In this document: positions 1-10,023 of the stretch, one piece after another
How the letters are laid out: each line of letters begins with the position of its first letter
Numbering within the stretch: position 1 is the stretch's first letter
IMG/VR virus record: IMGVR_UViG_3300023174_000036
Coordinates: 248,001-312,000 of that record
Reading direction: 5' to 3' (one strand)
DNA: 64,000 nt
Notes under the pieces: generated by a model
The model's database searches: none
What the model was told of the DNA's origin: nothing
What the model saw: the letters and a program-made list of their open reading frames with translations, nothing else
Position numbers and translations under genes: made by a program

Positions 1-425
1 TTGATTGGACAAACAATATTTTTTAAAAGTAATTCTTTAGTATATACATCAAATGAAATAGCAAAATCAAATTCTTTGTGTTCGCCGTATGGTAATGCTA
101 TTACTTTATTTTTATATCTATGTGAAGCAATATATTTCCCCGGAGAATCGAACGGTAACTTAATCTGAGTTATTTCATCATTATCTGTATTAACAATTAA
201 AATACTACATTCGTTGTATGGAAGAAATACTATAAAATTGTCTACTATAGTTCCGTACTGCCATTTTTCAAAACTTTCATCTGCTTCTAAATATATTTTT
301 GTAACATCGAAAGTTACAGGATCAACCTTTATCATATAATCAATACGTTCTTTCAATCCGTACGGAGGTACATAGATCATGTTGTTTTTTCCTACCGTAG
401 GAAAACTAAATGCTTGCGGGGTCAA
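1..425 (-). CDS. Partial hypothetical protein, possible beta-propeller-like repeats (runs off window start)
   Basis: Not in ORF track. Frame open from TTG at 425 to window edge: LTPQAFSFPTVGKNNMIYVPPYG...IVFLPYN...VIALPYG, with a repeated (V/F/A)LPY-like motif. Confidence 0.6.
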   Translation of the reverse strand, partial: MTPQAFSFPTVGKNNMIYVPPYGLKERIDYMIKVDPVTFDVTKIYLEADESFEKWQYGTIVDNFIVFLPYNECSILIVNTDNDEITQIKLPFDSPGKYIASHRYKNKVIALPYGEHKEFDFAISFDVYTKELLLKNIVCPI

Positions 426-861
426 ATTTTTCTCCAAATGCAGATTTAAGGTCGGCATGTAGCTTTATTAATATTTCTTCGTTACTGTACAGTCCCACAT
501 TATCCCAATCTATCATATATATTTTATCATCATCAATTATAATATTACTTAGTACCCAGTCATAGTGAGCATAAGGTGCAGTTTGTTTAATATTATCTAA
601 ACAAAATTTATATATTTTTTTTATGAAATCAGGACTGTGAGGAAATTTGTTGGCAGTAACTCCTGATATTTTTTTAACCTCTACCCACATCGTATCATGT
701 GACCATCCGTATTCCTTTATGTAGTCGGGCCATATTGTCTTCATAATGTTAACATGATTAATTAAAAGATCTATATCTTTATATTTCCAAACTTTTTTAT
801 AAGAATTTGGAAGCTCATATACATCTCTCTGTTTTGCAGGAGTTGATTTAATTAAGACCAT
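406..861 (-). CDS. Kinase/phosphotransferase-like protein (APH-type fold)
   Basis: HYDWVLSNII (HxDxxxxN) and IDWD motifs. Confidence 0.7.
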   Translation of the reverse strand: MVLIKSTPAKQRDVYELPNSYKKVWKYKDIDLLINHVNIMKTIWPDYIKEYGWSHDTMWVEVKKISGVTANKFPHSPDFIKKIYKFCLDNIKQTAPYAHYDWVLSNIIIDDDKIYMIDWDNVGLYSNEEILIKLHADLKSAFGEKFDPASI

Positions 862-1888
862 ATGCTGTTGCTACTTCTGGCAAGTAGTCTCTAATATTAA
901 TTTTCCGCCAACTATCTAATGCTGATATTTTAAATTTAAAATGTTCGATCATTTTTTCATCTGCAACACCCGCAGACCAGTTTCTTACCGAATTACTTTG
1001 ATACTGATCTTTAAGTCGTTGAGGAGCATTTTTGCAACTAAGCCATGCCGGACCATTTAAAATATTTTCATAGTAACCAAAATTATTTTTATCAGCATAT
1101 TCTTTTATATCATCAGTAAAGCTGGCATTGAGAACACTGATAGTAGGAGTTAAATCAACTTTGCAAAAATCTGCGTACCTATGAGCATTTTCATTTATGA
1201 CATCCCAGTTACTTCCGTATCTAATATAATCTATTCGTTTGTCGACTGCATCCAAACTTAATGCCATTAATACATTATTAAATTTCCTAAGAATTTTTTC
1301 AAGTTTTGGATTCCATATTGTACAATTTGTATTAAATCGTAGCGCAACACTGCTATCTAATCTTTCTAAAAATTCTGGTAGATGCCGGACCATCATGGGT
1401 TCGCCACCCGTTAGATAAACTTCTTTCATTTCAGCAGTTTCAATTTTACGAAATGTTTCCTCAGAAGCCCAGTTAAAATTGGGAATTTCTAAAATTCCAT
1501 ATATAGGCGCAGTTCCAGATTGTTGCATATCAATTGCTTCTTCAGCAATACTACTGCTACTCATTTCCCAACAGCTAATACATTTTAAATTACAACTATT
1601 TCCAAATCTCAAATCAAAATGACTCAGCCCGGGCCCATAAGGACGAGTCTTTTGACGTTGACTTTGTATTCCTTTTTCTTCTAAATTTTTACAAGGATGG
1701 CATGCTTCTGGCCAGATTTCGAGATCTAACTGTTTTCTGATATCTGTATGGAAATCACTGTCATGCCACTCTTGGGGAGTATGGGTATGTACAGTTTCTT
1801 TGTTAGTTGATTCTACGCTAACACAGCATAGCCGATATTGTCCGTCGGATCTTATACACGTTTGATGTTCTAAATATTTACATTTCAT
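848..1888 (-). CDS. Radical SAM protein with N-terminal Cys-rich (SPASM/twitch-like) region
   Basis: CNLKCISC (CxxxCxxC), YLTGGEP, FNTN motifs; N-terminal CC and CxxC. Confidence 0.85.
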   Translation of the reverse strand: MKCKYLEHQTCIRSDGQYRLCCVSVESTNKETVHTHTPQEWHDSDFHTDIRKQLDLEIWPEACHPCKNLEEKGIQSQRQKTRPYGPGLSHFDLRFGNSCNLKCISCWEMSSSSIAEEAIDMQQSGTAPIYGILEIPNFNWASEETFRKIETAEMKEVYLTGGEPMMVRHLPEFLERLDSSVALRFNTNCTIWNPKLEKILRKFNNVLMALSLDAVDKRIDYIRYGSNWDVINENAHRYADFCKVDLTPTISVLNASFTDDIKEYADKNNFGYYENILNGPAWLSCKNAPQRLKDQYQSNSVRNWSAGVADEKMIEHFKFKISALDSWRKINIRDYLPEVATAYGLN

Positions 1889-1953
1889 TAGGAGTCTTAA
1901 ATTAATATAGCATGGTAGTATTTACATAAGTATTGTGTGCAAGAAAAATAATT

Positions 1954-2664
1954 ATGAAACCACACATCAACCAATTAGAAGAATTTTGGCAAGAAAATTC
2001 TAGCAATTACAGCATACAATACCCTGATATGTTTGATCCAAAATGGATCATAATGGAGTCTGGATGGCCGTGGTTTAGACTCAGTGCATTGGACAACCAG
2101 CCTTGGAAAGAAATGCATGCCGAAGCGGAAGCATTATTGGATAAGTTCCATCCACATAGAGAAGATTACGGCCACGGTTGGGGAAGCCTCACGTTGCACG
2201 GGCTTAACGAAGATACACAAAGTCTAGGCCAGTATGGCGATAATAGAACAGATACATTAAAGCAACTAGAATGGACATGGGTAGCAGATCAGTGTCCGGT
2301 AACTAAAAAATTCTTAACAGATGTTTGGCCAGCAGAATATTTGAATCGAGTTAGATTCATGCTGTTGGAGCCTGGCGGATACATATTGCCTCATCAAGAC
2401 AGACCCAACGATCAAAAAAGGCTCAGTGTGTGCAACATCAGTCTCAACATGCCAGAAGGTTGTGAAATGATTATGAAAGATTTTGGTCGTGTTCCTTTTG
2501 ACAACAATGGTAGTGCATTCTTGATGGACATCAGCAATGTTCATGCTGTGGTTAACAACAGTGATAAACCACGTATACATATGATTATTCATTACGAATT
2601 GGGTAGACGTATAAGAGATTTCTTTTACGTATTAAGAAGCAGTTATTACACTAATAGACAATGA
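1954..2664 (+). CDS. Asp/Asn beta-hydroxylase-type 2OG-Fe(II) oxygenase
   Basis: RFMLLEPGGYILPHQD...HAVVN...RIHMII (HxD...H...R). Confidence 0.85.
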   Translation: MKPHINQLEEFWQENSSNYSIQYPDMFDPKWIIMESGWPWFRLSALDNQPWKEMHAEAEALLDKFHPHREDYGHGWGSLTLHGLNEDTQSLGQYGDNRTDTLKQLEWTWVADQCPVTKKFLTDVWPAEYLNRVRFMLLEPGGYILPHQDRPNDQKRLSVCNISLNMPEGCEMIMKDFGRVPFDNNGSAFLMDISNVHAVVNNSDKPRIHMIIHYELGRRIRDFFYVLRSSYYTNRQ

Positions 2665-4160
2665 CACAAGTACGCGATTGGAATTCTGTTTCTACCGGAG
2701 AACGATATTTTGAATTCTCCCCCAGTAGAGTCTCTACTTTTGTTGGAGTAGGCATGTTGGATCTCAGCCGAGACATTCCCAACAAGTTTGTAAGAAAACG
2801 AACGTTTGATATGACTTACTGGATGCTTAATCAAAGCCTGCAAATCAACTTGTGTAGGTACAGAGGATTTAGCGATAGTGTTAGCAAACTGTTAAACGAC
2901 AGTGCCGCGGCCGGAGATAACATTTGTATTATTGTTGCACAAGGCATGATGTTTCCAAAACTGTATAAGTTTATTGCCAAGGCTGTGGAGTATTTTAAAA
3001 AGAATCCTGAATTTTTTGTCATGGGTCACATCATGGCACGAGAAGATAGGTATCCTGGATTGCATCGCCAGTTGTTGGTAGTCAACATCAAGATGTGGAA
3101 ACAGCTGGGCAAGCCTGAATACTTGGAGCAGGGATATTTTTGGGATAGAAAACCAGAATATCCACAATACACTCTCAGTGAACAGACCATGAGTGCTGAC
3201 TATACTCCGTCTTGGATTCAAGCTGCCACCGGCACCGTAAAACCCACAGTGGTTGAAGAAGGAGCCAATTGGATTGCTCTAGCCCTAGAACATAACATAC
3301 GTATTGATAATTTTGATTTTGAAATGCGGGAGTGCAAAGCATTTTTATATCCGTATGATAATCCTGATTTATTAGAAAAAGTATGGAAAAATCTGCAAGA
3401 CGAAGAATCAGTTGATGCAATAAAAAATTATACTCAACGAGCATGGATACGAAAATTAGCATATCAGGAATATATTGAAAAGAATCGTGTGTATGCTTAT
3501 AATACAGAAAGACTGAGTGGAGAAGGCGTTCGAGCACCTAGTGCAGTTGACAGCATATTTTCAGCGGCAGCAGGATTTAAGACTATTGCATTGTTACGCA
3601 ATAACACATTCCACGAAAACACTGTTGTAAATTATTATGATTGGTGTGAATCCAGTTTGAATTTTAAAAAACATTTGTTAGAAACATGGAATGGTTTAAA
3701 TTTTGACGAGTGGTTGTTAGAGCACGATTTATCATATAATTTTTCCAGCACGTATCGTGGCAACTACAAAGAGTTTTGGCTTAGTGAAATCAAGAAAGAA
3801 TTTGGCAGTGCTGAACAGTTCAAAGAATTATGGGATCGTTATCGAAAACTAAAACATAATTATTTTGTTATTGATCTTGTTAACGAACCTGAAAAATTAT
3901 TCGAAGAAATTAACAAACAGTCCGGAGTCAAAGTATTGTGGACCACTAACATATGGGCCAGTATGATGTTGCATTGGAACGTAGAACCTGAGGTTGTGGA
4001 ACAAAAATATCTAAAATTTCAAAACCTAATACCCAACAATCTTGTGTTGTATGGACAAGATTATCTTGCACAGGATTTAGCTCATAGGATTCGCAGTGAA
4101 CGCTATTCAACACATCCCAGGTATGCAAGTACCAATAAATATGTTAACATGGGGATATGA
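2661..4160 (+). CDS. Hypothetical 499-aa protein in the modification cluster
   Basis: Long ORF, ATGA-coupled to upstream oxygenase; no motif recognised. Confidence 0.7.
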   Translation: MTQVRDWNSVSTGERYFEFSPSRVSTFVGVGMLDLSRDIPNKFVRKRTFDMTYWMLNQSLQINLCRYRGFSDSVSKLLNDSAAAGDNICIIVAQGMMFPKLYKFIAKAVEYFKKNPEFFVMGHIMAREDRYPGLHRQLLVVNIKMWKQLGKPEYLEQGYFWDRKPEYPQYTLSEQTMSADYTPSWIQAATGTVKPTVVEEGANWIALALEHNIRIDNFDFEMRECKAFLYPYDNPDLLEKVWKNLQDEESVDAIKNYTQRAWIRKLAYQEYIEKNRVYAYNTERLSGEGVRAPSAVDSIFSAAAGFKTIALLRNNTFHENTVVNYYDWCESSLNFKKHLLETWNGLNFDEWLLEHDLSYNFSSTYRGNYKEFWLSEIKKEFGSAEQFKELWDRYRKLKHNYFVIDLVNEPEKLFEEINKQSGVKVLWTTNIWASMMLHWNVEPEVVEQKYLKFQNLIPNNLVLYGQDYLAQDLAHRIRSERYSTHPRYASTNKYVNMGI

Positions 4161-4161
4161 A

Positions 4162-4887
4162 ATGGAAAGATTCATTAAAAATTACGATCCAAAAGACATA
4201 ACACTTGATTTGCTGTATAACACAAACGACTGGGATCTTATAGAGCTTAACTACGAGCTGGATCCAGATAAACTAACAGAGTGGTGGGCTGATGTGCAAT
4301 CTAAATTCCCGCATTTGTTTTTTGGATTTAATGATAACACACACAAATTGGATTTAGAAAAAAGCAAAGAGTTAGTGGAGCAAGGATATTGCGGTTATTA
4401 TTGCGGGCCAATCGAAGGACTTACACTGGCATGGCCTGTGGATCGAGATGAACCGTTACCTCCTCCCACGCAGGCAAATTTAGAATTATTTCCCGAAGTC
4501 AATAAAGATACATTTTTCCACGATGCTAAAATAATGGAAAAATTTGAATATGGTTACTTTAAAGAAATGATCGAAACACTTGGAAGAGATGCGTTCCGTC
4601 AGGCGATTATAACCTTGCACTATCCTGGTATGTATATCAAACAGCACATTGACAGCAAAGTTTTAAAATTGCATATACCAATTGAAACAAATGAAAATGC
4701 TTGTTTTACATTTGGAGAAAATAGAGAGACTGCTACTTCATATCATTTCAAACTGGGTAAAATTTATATCCTCAATACAGGTGATTGGCACGGCACTAGC
4801 AATGACTCGAAATTTAGACGAGCACATATTATTACACGCATAGCCGATTGGCATATTTTAGATGTAATCAATATGACTAATGAATGA
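4162..4887 (+). CDS. Asp/Asn beta-hydroxylase-type 2OG-Fe(II) oxygenase
   Basis: IKQHID...KLHIPI...WHGTSN...RAHII. Confidence 0.85.
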   Translation: MERFIKNYDPKDITLDLLYNTNDWDLIELNYELDPDKLTEWWADVQSKFPHLFFGFNDNTHKLDLEKSKELVEQGYCGYYCGPIEGLTLAWPVDRDEPLPPPTQANLELFPEVNKDTFFHDAKIMEKFEYGYFKEMIETLGRDAFRQAIITLHYPGMYIKQHIDSKVLKLHIPIETNENACFTFGENRETATSYHFKLGKIYILNTGDWHGTSNDSKFRRAHIITRIADWHILDVINMTNE

Positions 4888-5534
4888 AACGTTACATAGA
4901 AAAACATCAAGCTGTTGATCTTGGATTCAAAATAAAACCTTGGTTTAAAATAGATATTGATAAACTGAGATCATGGTATATGGATCTTGAAAATAATTAT
5001 GGAAGTTGGAAGTTTATAATGGGCGAACATGAACATGTGTGGCAGGATCCCATTGTAGATATGACTGGAAAAACAGGACATGTTATTCCGGACGATGCTG
5101 GATACTATACACTCTGCTGGGGTAGTGATGTTGAAGGACCACTGCCTTTCGAACAAGGTCAAGCAAAAATTGAATACAGAGACCACAACGACAACGACAT
5201 GCTTAATCCTCGCAAATGCTTTACAGGATATGCATATGATGTTGTTAGTAAACTACCGTTGCGTAGTAAAAAGTGGGTAGTGACTGATCATACACCAGGA
5301 ACTAAATTAATTACACATCAAGATAGTCCTGATAAAATACGTATACACATTCCTATCTATGTTGATAATTCCAGTAACTGGATCGTTGATGGCGAAGAGA
5401 TGTTTATGGAGCCTGGTTGGGTGTATGTTGTCAACACAACATTGCCTCACAGTATAGAAAATAAAGGCACTAGTAACAGGGTGCATTTGTATGGAAAGGT
5501 ATGGACCAAAGATGTACAACAACTTTTTAGTTAA
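4884..5534 (+). CDS. Asp/Asn beta-hydroxylase-type 2OG-Fe(II) oxygenase
   Basis: PGTKLITHQD...RIHIPI...PHSIEN...RVHL. Confidence 0.85.
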   Translation: MKRYIEKHQAVDLGFKIKPWFKIDIDKLRSWYMDLENNYGSWKFIMGEHEHVWQDPIVDMTGKTGHVIPDDAGYYTLCWGSDVEGPLPFEQGQAKIEYRDHNDNDMLNPRKCFTGYAYDVVSKLPLRSKKWVVTDHTPGTKLITHQDSPDKIRIHIPIYVDNSSNWIVDGEEMFMEPGWVYVVNTTLPHSIENKGTSNRVHLYGKVWTKDVQQLFS

Positions 5535-6108
5535 ACAACTTGATACTCCAGTCAATATGGATTGGGCCATAGAGTATTTGGATACTGTGGAGTACAAGTA
5601 TACTCATTTAAAATGGACAGCAGACGAAAACTTGTCCAGTGTAAACGATGCAGAATTACAAAATAATATCAAAGGTGTTTACGGATGGGGAGTACAGAGC
5701 AATTTAGAAGATTTGTCCGTACCTTGCCCTCCGTATAATATACACAAACAAGGCGGCGAAGTTTATCGTAATACTGAATTAGTTTTTGGATTTGCTGAAT
5801 GGATACTTGATATATTTCCTTATGCTAGACAAATCAGTATTGCGGCGCATCCTCCAGGTACACGAATCCGAACACACACTGATAGCGATAATTATTTTAA
5901 AATACATATTCCGTTAATTGCTAACGATGCCAGTTATTTTATTTTCAACAACGAGAAGTTTGCTATGAAAACAGGAAAAATGTATCTGGTTAATACATCA
6001 GTTCCTCATAGCACAAGCAACGAAGGAAGTACCACACGGGTACATTTATTTTTTAAAGTTCCAGTAGAAAAGGTAACAGAAATTGTTAACAGTTCAAGTT
6101 TATTCTAG
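5512..6108 (+). CDS. Asp/Asn beta-hydroxylase-type 2OG-Fe(II) oxygenase
   Basis: PGTRIRTHTD...KIHIPL...PHSTSN...RVHL. Confidence 0.85.
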   Translation: MYNNFLVKQLDTPVNMDWAIEYLDTVEYKYTHLKWTADENLSSVNDAELQNNIKGVYGWGVQSNLEDLSVPCPPYNIHKQGGEVYRNTELVFGFAEWILDIFPYARQISIAAHPPGTRIRTHTDSDNYFKIHIPLIANDASYFIFNNEKFAMKTGKMYLVNTSVPHSTSNEGSTTRVHLFFKVPVEKVTEIVNSSSLF

Positions 6109-6541
6109 ATACGGGTTTGAAGAAGTCACTGCATTTACAGACCAGAATGTGGATGAGTTTCCTAACGAATATTTTATTTGCATTCATGCCACTGGCTGGA
6201 TTCATGCTATTCCATATTTTAAACAACCACACAAAAATGTATTAAATCTAGTGTTTGATGATGTTGAAAAAGATAGAAAAAAATGGATTCACGAATATGT
6301 CCCAATACCATATAGTGCAATTGCTTGTACACAAGATCAGGCTAATTTGATGAAACAATTTATTGATAATATACCAGATAACAGCACAGTTCATGTGTAC
6401 TGCGCAAAAGGACAATCTAGGTCGCCAGCTGTGGCATCATTTATTGAAGAACATAAAAATAAAAATGCACACAGTAAATTTCATGATTATAAATATAATC
6501 AGCACGTATACAATTTATTAAGGAATACCGCAAATGTATAA
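6083..6541 (+). CDS. Cys-dependent (PTP/dual-specificity-like) phosphatase
   Basis: VHVYCAKGQSRS (Cx5R loop). Confidence 0.75.
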   Translation: MLTVQVYSRYGFEEVTAFTDQNVDEFPNEYFICIHATGWIHAIPYFKQPHKNVLNLVFDDVEKDRKKWIHEYVPIPYSAIACTQDQANLMKQFIDNIPDNSTVHVYCAKGQSRSPAVASFIEEHKNKNAHSKFHDYKYNQHVYNLLRNTANV

Positions 6542-7172
6542 ATTTGATTTTAAAATAAAGCGAATGGATAATCTTAAATTTGATTTCCAGGAACTGCTTG
6601 ATTATTACAATACCTTAGAAGAAAAATATCAGCATATGAAATGGGCAGTTGCTGATGTTTACACTCCGGACAGTAATCCTATTGATAAAAGTATTCATCA
6701 TGTGGACGGATTTTACAATTGGGCTATACAAAGCGATTTAAAAGATCCTACTAAACCTTGCCCAGCATACAAAGAAGGTGTGACGGAAGAAATGGCTCGT
6801 ACGCAAATGAGCGGAAATTACGATGTACCAACTGAATTAATATTTGGTTTTGGAAAAAAGATTGTTGATTATTTTGCAAATATACAAGCTACTCAAGCAC
6901 TGATGGTAGTGCATCCACCTGAAACAAGATTGGGGTTTCATGTGGACACCGGCGATTATGTGAAGATTCATTTTCCAGTAAAGACAAATTCTGAAAGTTT
7001 CTTTGAGTACGAGGATGAAAAATTTCTAATGGAGCCTGGATATGCATACTTAACAAATGTATCTGTTCCACATGCAACAATCAACGGAGGAGACACAGAT
7101 CGCGTTCATTTGATTTTTAGAGTTCCTGAAGAATTTACTAGCTATTTAGAAACTCACGAATTTTCAATATAA
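6534..7172 (+). CDS. Asp/Asn beta-hydroxylase-type 2OG-Fe(II) oxygenase
   Basis: LGFHVD...KIHFPV...PHATIN...RVHL. Confidence 0.85.
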   Translation: MYKFDFKIKRMDNLKFDFQELLDYYNTLEEKYQHMKWAVADVYTPDSNPIDKSIHHVDGFYNWAIQSDLKDPTKPCPAYKEGVTEEMARTQMSGNYDVPTELIFGFGKKIVDYFANIQATQALMVVHPPETRLGFHVDTGDYVKIHFPVKTNSESFFEYEDEKFLMEPGYAYLTNVSVPHATINGGDTDRVHLIFRVPEEFTSYLETHEFSI

Positions 7173-7732
7173 AGATTTCTTTCACGGAGATACGTTTCTG
7201 TGTTTAATTTCCAAATATTTTGTAACGTATTATACAATATTGTGTCTTTACTATGCAATGTAAATATGCCTTGTTTAACTAGCTTAGGCATTATTGTTTT
7301 ATCCAAGCGGGAACTAACTCCTGCTTTTTTATTGTCTACATTTGTGCTAATATAAAAATCAGCATTTGGATCTATCTGTTGCACTAGTTTAATTTGATAA
7401 TACATCAAGTGAGACAAGTGTATCCAACTTTTGAATATATTAACACTCCAGACTGGAGTATAGCCTGGGAGCTGGGCGCCGCGAAACAAACAACGCCATG
7501 CGTTGTTGCCCAGTTCTGGAAGATGATGCACTCCTGCAAAAGTAACAATTGTTGATTGATCTAACCCAACAAAAAATTGACCGTAGGGCATTTTCATTTT
7601 GTCAAGTTTAATTGATTCAAATGATTTGTTATTTTCGTATCCGAGTTTCTCGCACTCTGTACAAAAATTTGCCAGTGCTGGAAGATCGGACTCGACCAAA
7701 GGTCTAAACGTTAGATTTCCAAGTCTTTCCAT
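7154..7732 (-). CDS. Hypothetical protein, possible GNAT-like acyltransferase
   Basis: Overall alpha/beta pattern only (FVG..IVTFAGV..RCLFR); adjacent to adenylation enzyme. Confidence 0.4.
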   Translation of the reverse strand: MERLGNLTFRPLVESDLPALANFCTECEKLGYENNKSFESIKLDKMKMPYGQFFVGLDQSTIVTFAGVHHLPELGNNAWRCLFRGAQLPGYTPVWSVNIFKSWIHLSHLMYYQIKLVQQIDPNADFYISTNVDNKKAGVSSRLDKTIMPKLVKQGIFTLHSKDTILYNTLQNIWKLNTETYLRERNLYIENS

Positions 7733-8354
7733 TTGCTGTATCTTTGCGTTTTAAAAACTTTCTTCCAGCCACATCAAATAAATCACCAGTGTACCAACCG
7801 TTTACAACACATTCGCCTTCATCTGTAAAATCAACATTGTAGTTCTTTTTAGGTTTAAAATCAAATGTTTCAGAATTAATACCCACAAATACAGGCGGCG
7901 GCATCTCAGTCATGCCATACCAGTTTGCCACACACTGCACTCCCCTATCTACAAACGAATCAATCATGGTTTGCGAACATGTGCCGCTTCCTGTTACCAT
8001 GTATCGAACACAACTCATATCAAAGTTTTCCCAGCCTTTGGTTTTTGATAACAACTCCCAGTGTTTTGGAATCAAACTAATGTATGTGGGTTGATATTTG
8101 TTGAATAGTTCAATATATGTGTACGGGTTGAAATTAGCTGATATCAGTTGGGCACCTGCAAGTTGTGCAGGCAATGCTGTAACTGTGAAGTGTGCTATAG
8201 TATTGCCAGGAAATACGTCTAATACCCGATCTTTGCTAGTTAACTTAATTTCTTTAACTGATTGCAATGCTCGATGATGTATAAACACCCAAGGATGCGT
8301 TATCTCTTTAGGTTCAGTAGTACTTCCTGAAGTGAATAAGATTAAATTGCTCAT
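7704..8354 (-). CDS. Short class I adenylate-forming (AMP-binding) enzyme
   Basis: ILFTSGSTTEPK (A3), YGMTE (A5), YTGDL (A7), R in A8; only 216 aa. Confidence 0.8.
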   Translation of the reverse strand: MSNLILFTSGSTTEPKEITHPWVFIHHRALQSVKEIKLTSKDRVLDVFPGNTIAHFTVTALPAQLAGAQLISANFNPYTYIELFNKYQPTYISLIPKHWELLSKTKGWENFDMSCVRYMVTGSGTCSQTMIDSFVDRGVQCVANWYGMTEMPPPVFVGINSETFDFKPKKNYNVDFTDEGECVVNGWYTGDLFDVAGRKFLKRKDTANGKTWKSNV

Positions 8355-9229
8355 ACTTGAGATAGAATTAAGTCGGCTGCTTCTCCATGTAATCCAATTC
8401 CTGGATGAGAATAATACCCTTCTGGCCTTACACGCACGTCTCTACCAAAGCAATAATTTATATCATCACTATGTGAGCTCATGTCAACTCTTTTAATGCC
8501 GTTATCCGAGATAAACGGTTCAGTTGGTTCGTCAAAACTGACCTCTACAAATTTTATTCCTAATCGTTTACAAGTTGATTTCATCATATTGCGATATAAA
8601 TTTGATTCGTGCAGAAAGTGATCAGTTTCCGCTATTTTTTTATAAGATTCTATATGATTGGTAAATTGTTTACCTTCAGGCAAATGTTTTAATGTTCCAT
8701 GCGAGTTATGTATATGCACAAAATTATTATCAGAGTAATATGTCCAACAATTGGTTTTATGATATTCCATAACAAATATTTTAGGCAGCGGCATATCAGT
8801 ATCTAAGAAATTAAAAAACGAAATAGCATTTGTCTTGATTGTGAATGTTGGCCCACCGTGCGGAATAAAATCTAAACCCAGTTCTGCACTTACACGATTA
8901 CAAAATCTATCTTCTTCTGCAACACCTAATCCTTGTGTATAGCTGGTACCTGAAAATAAGATATAGTCTTTATCAACAGCATGTACACTCTTAGGCATTC
9001 TGAGTCCTTGCTCGTTGTAGTTATAGGTAATTTTCTTAGTTCTATAAATCCAGTTCTCAGGCAAATTTCTAAGATTACGTTTATACAATGTTTCGTGATC
9101 AGTTCCGGACCAATCAAAACTTTGATTTGGAATCATAGTAGTATGTCGATACGGCCATAAATCTAACGGATGTGGAACTACTGCATTGAGTTGAAGGGCT
9201 TCTCTTAGTGTTTTACCAGTAACTGTCAT
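8351..9229 (-). CDS. SGNH/GDSL-like hypothetical protein
   Basis: LFSGTSYTQG block I-like motif and C-terminal HPG. Confidence 0.5.
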   Translation of the reverse strand: MTVTGKTLREALQLNAVVPHPLDLWPYRHTTMIPNQSFDWSGTDHETLYKRNLRNLPENWIYRTKKITYNYNEQGLRMPKSVHAVDKDYILFSGTSYTQGLGVAEEDRFCNRVSAELGLDFIPHGGPTFTIKTNAISFFNFLDTDMPLPKIFVMEYHKTNCWTYYSDNNFVHIHNSHGTLKHLPEGKQFTNHIESYKKIAETDHFLHESNLYRNMMKSTCKRLGIKFVEVSFDEPTEPFISDNGIKRVDMSSHSDDINYCFGRDVRVRPEGYYSHPGIGLHGEAADLILSQV

Positions 9230-9230
9230 G

Positions 9231-9962
9231 TTATCCTATATGCATGGAAGTTTTTAAAAGTTTATCAATTGAATTTGCGGTTGGGTTGTTGTGTAACATT
9301 ATCCATGGGCTTGCGCTTTCATTGCGGGCCGCATGTTTAACTGCTGTGTTATACAAATAAACCCTGCCTTGTTCAAATGTATATTTACGATCCATATCTT
9401 CGCCAAATTTCCACCAGGCGTTGTCATCAATTTGAATTTGCAAATGCATCCTAATTAAAAATTCTGGATTTTGTATGTCCACATGAGTACGCAATCCCAC
9501 GTCTTGATTCATTTTTACCAAACGTGTTACTTCAAAACAATCCGGACCAAATGTATTATAATATGTTTCGTACATTCCAAACAAGTACTTTGGAAGATTC
9601 TTATTAAACTTTTTTTGAAAATCAGTGTCTGAGATTTCTGGAAATTGTGCTGGATCAGCAAGTTGCAAGAATGGAAGTTTTCCTGGTCTATCGTAAGACC
9701 ACTGAAGAGTCCACTGTAGTGGTTGCCCCCACACTAAATTATTTGGCATAAAAGACAGCGCAAATTCTTTTTTAGCTGGGTCGGCTAAATCCATATCATC
9801 CAGAGGGCTGTAACAACAATCGGCAAATTGTTCTTCTATGGCATTGAACCATTCCAACATTTTAGCAGAATCTACTGTGATGTTAGTTTGTATCACATCC
9901 CAGTCATAATTTTGAAGATCATCAAATGTATAATTTTCTGGATCTGTAATAAATCTATTCAT
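9231..9962 (-). CDS. Asp/Asn beta-hydroxylase-type 2OG-Fe(II) oxygenase
   Basis: LRTHVD...RMHLQI...KHAARN. Confidence 0.8.
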   Translation of the reverse strand: MNRFITDPENYTFDDLQNYDWDVIQTNITVDSAKMLEWFNAIEEQFADCCYSPLDDMDLADPAKKEFALSFMPNNLVWGQPLQWTLQWSYDRPGKLPFLQLADPAQFPEISDTDFQKKFNKNLPKYLFGMYETYYNTFGPDCFEVTRLVKMNQDVGLRTHVDIQNPEFLIRMHLQIQIDDNAWWKFGEDMDRKYTFEQGRVYLYNTAVKHAARNESASPWIMLHNNPTANSIDKLLKTSMHIG

Positions 9963-10023
9963 TAGAAAGCCCCTGTTGTAGGATATTTATTATCCTAACA
10001 TACAAGGGCTTTTAATTATGATA

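Noticed and set aside
9607-9620. In-frame A_AAA_AAG in oxygenase 9231-9962
   Set aside because: The -1 frame stops after two codons; it shows such heptamers also occur by chance
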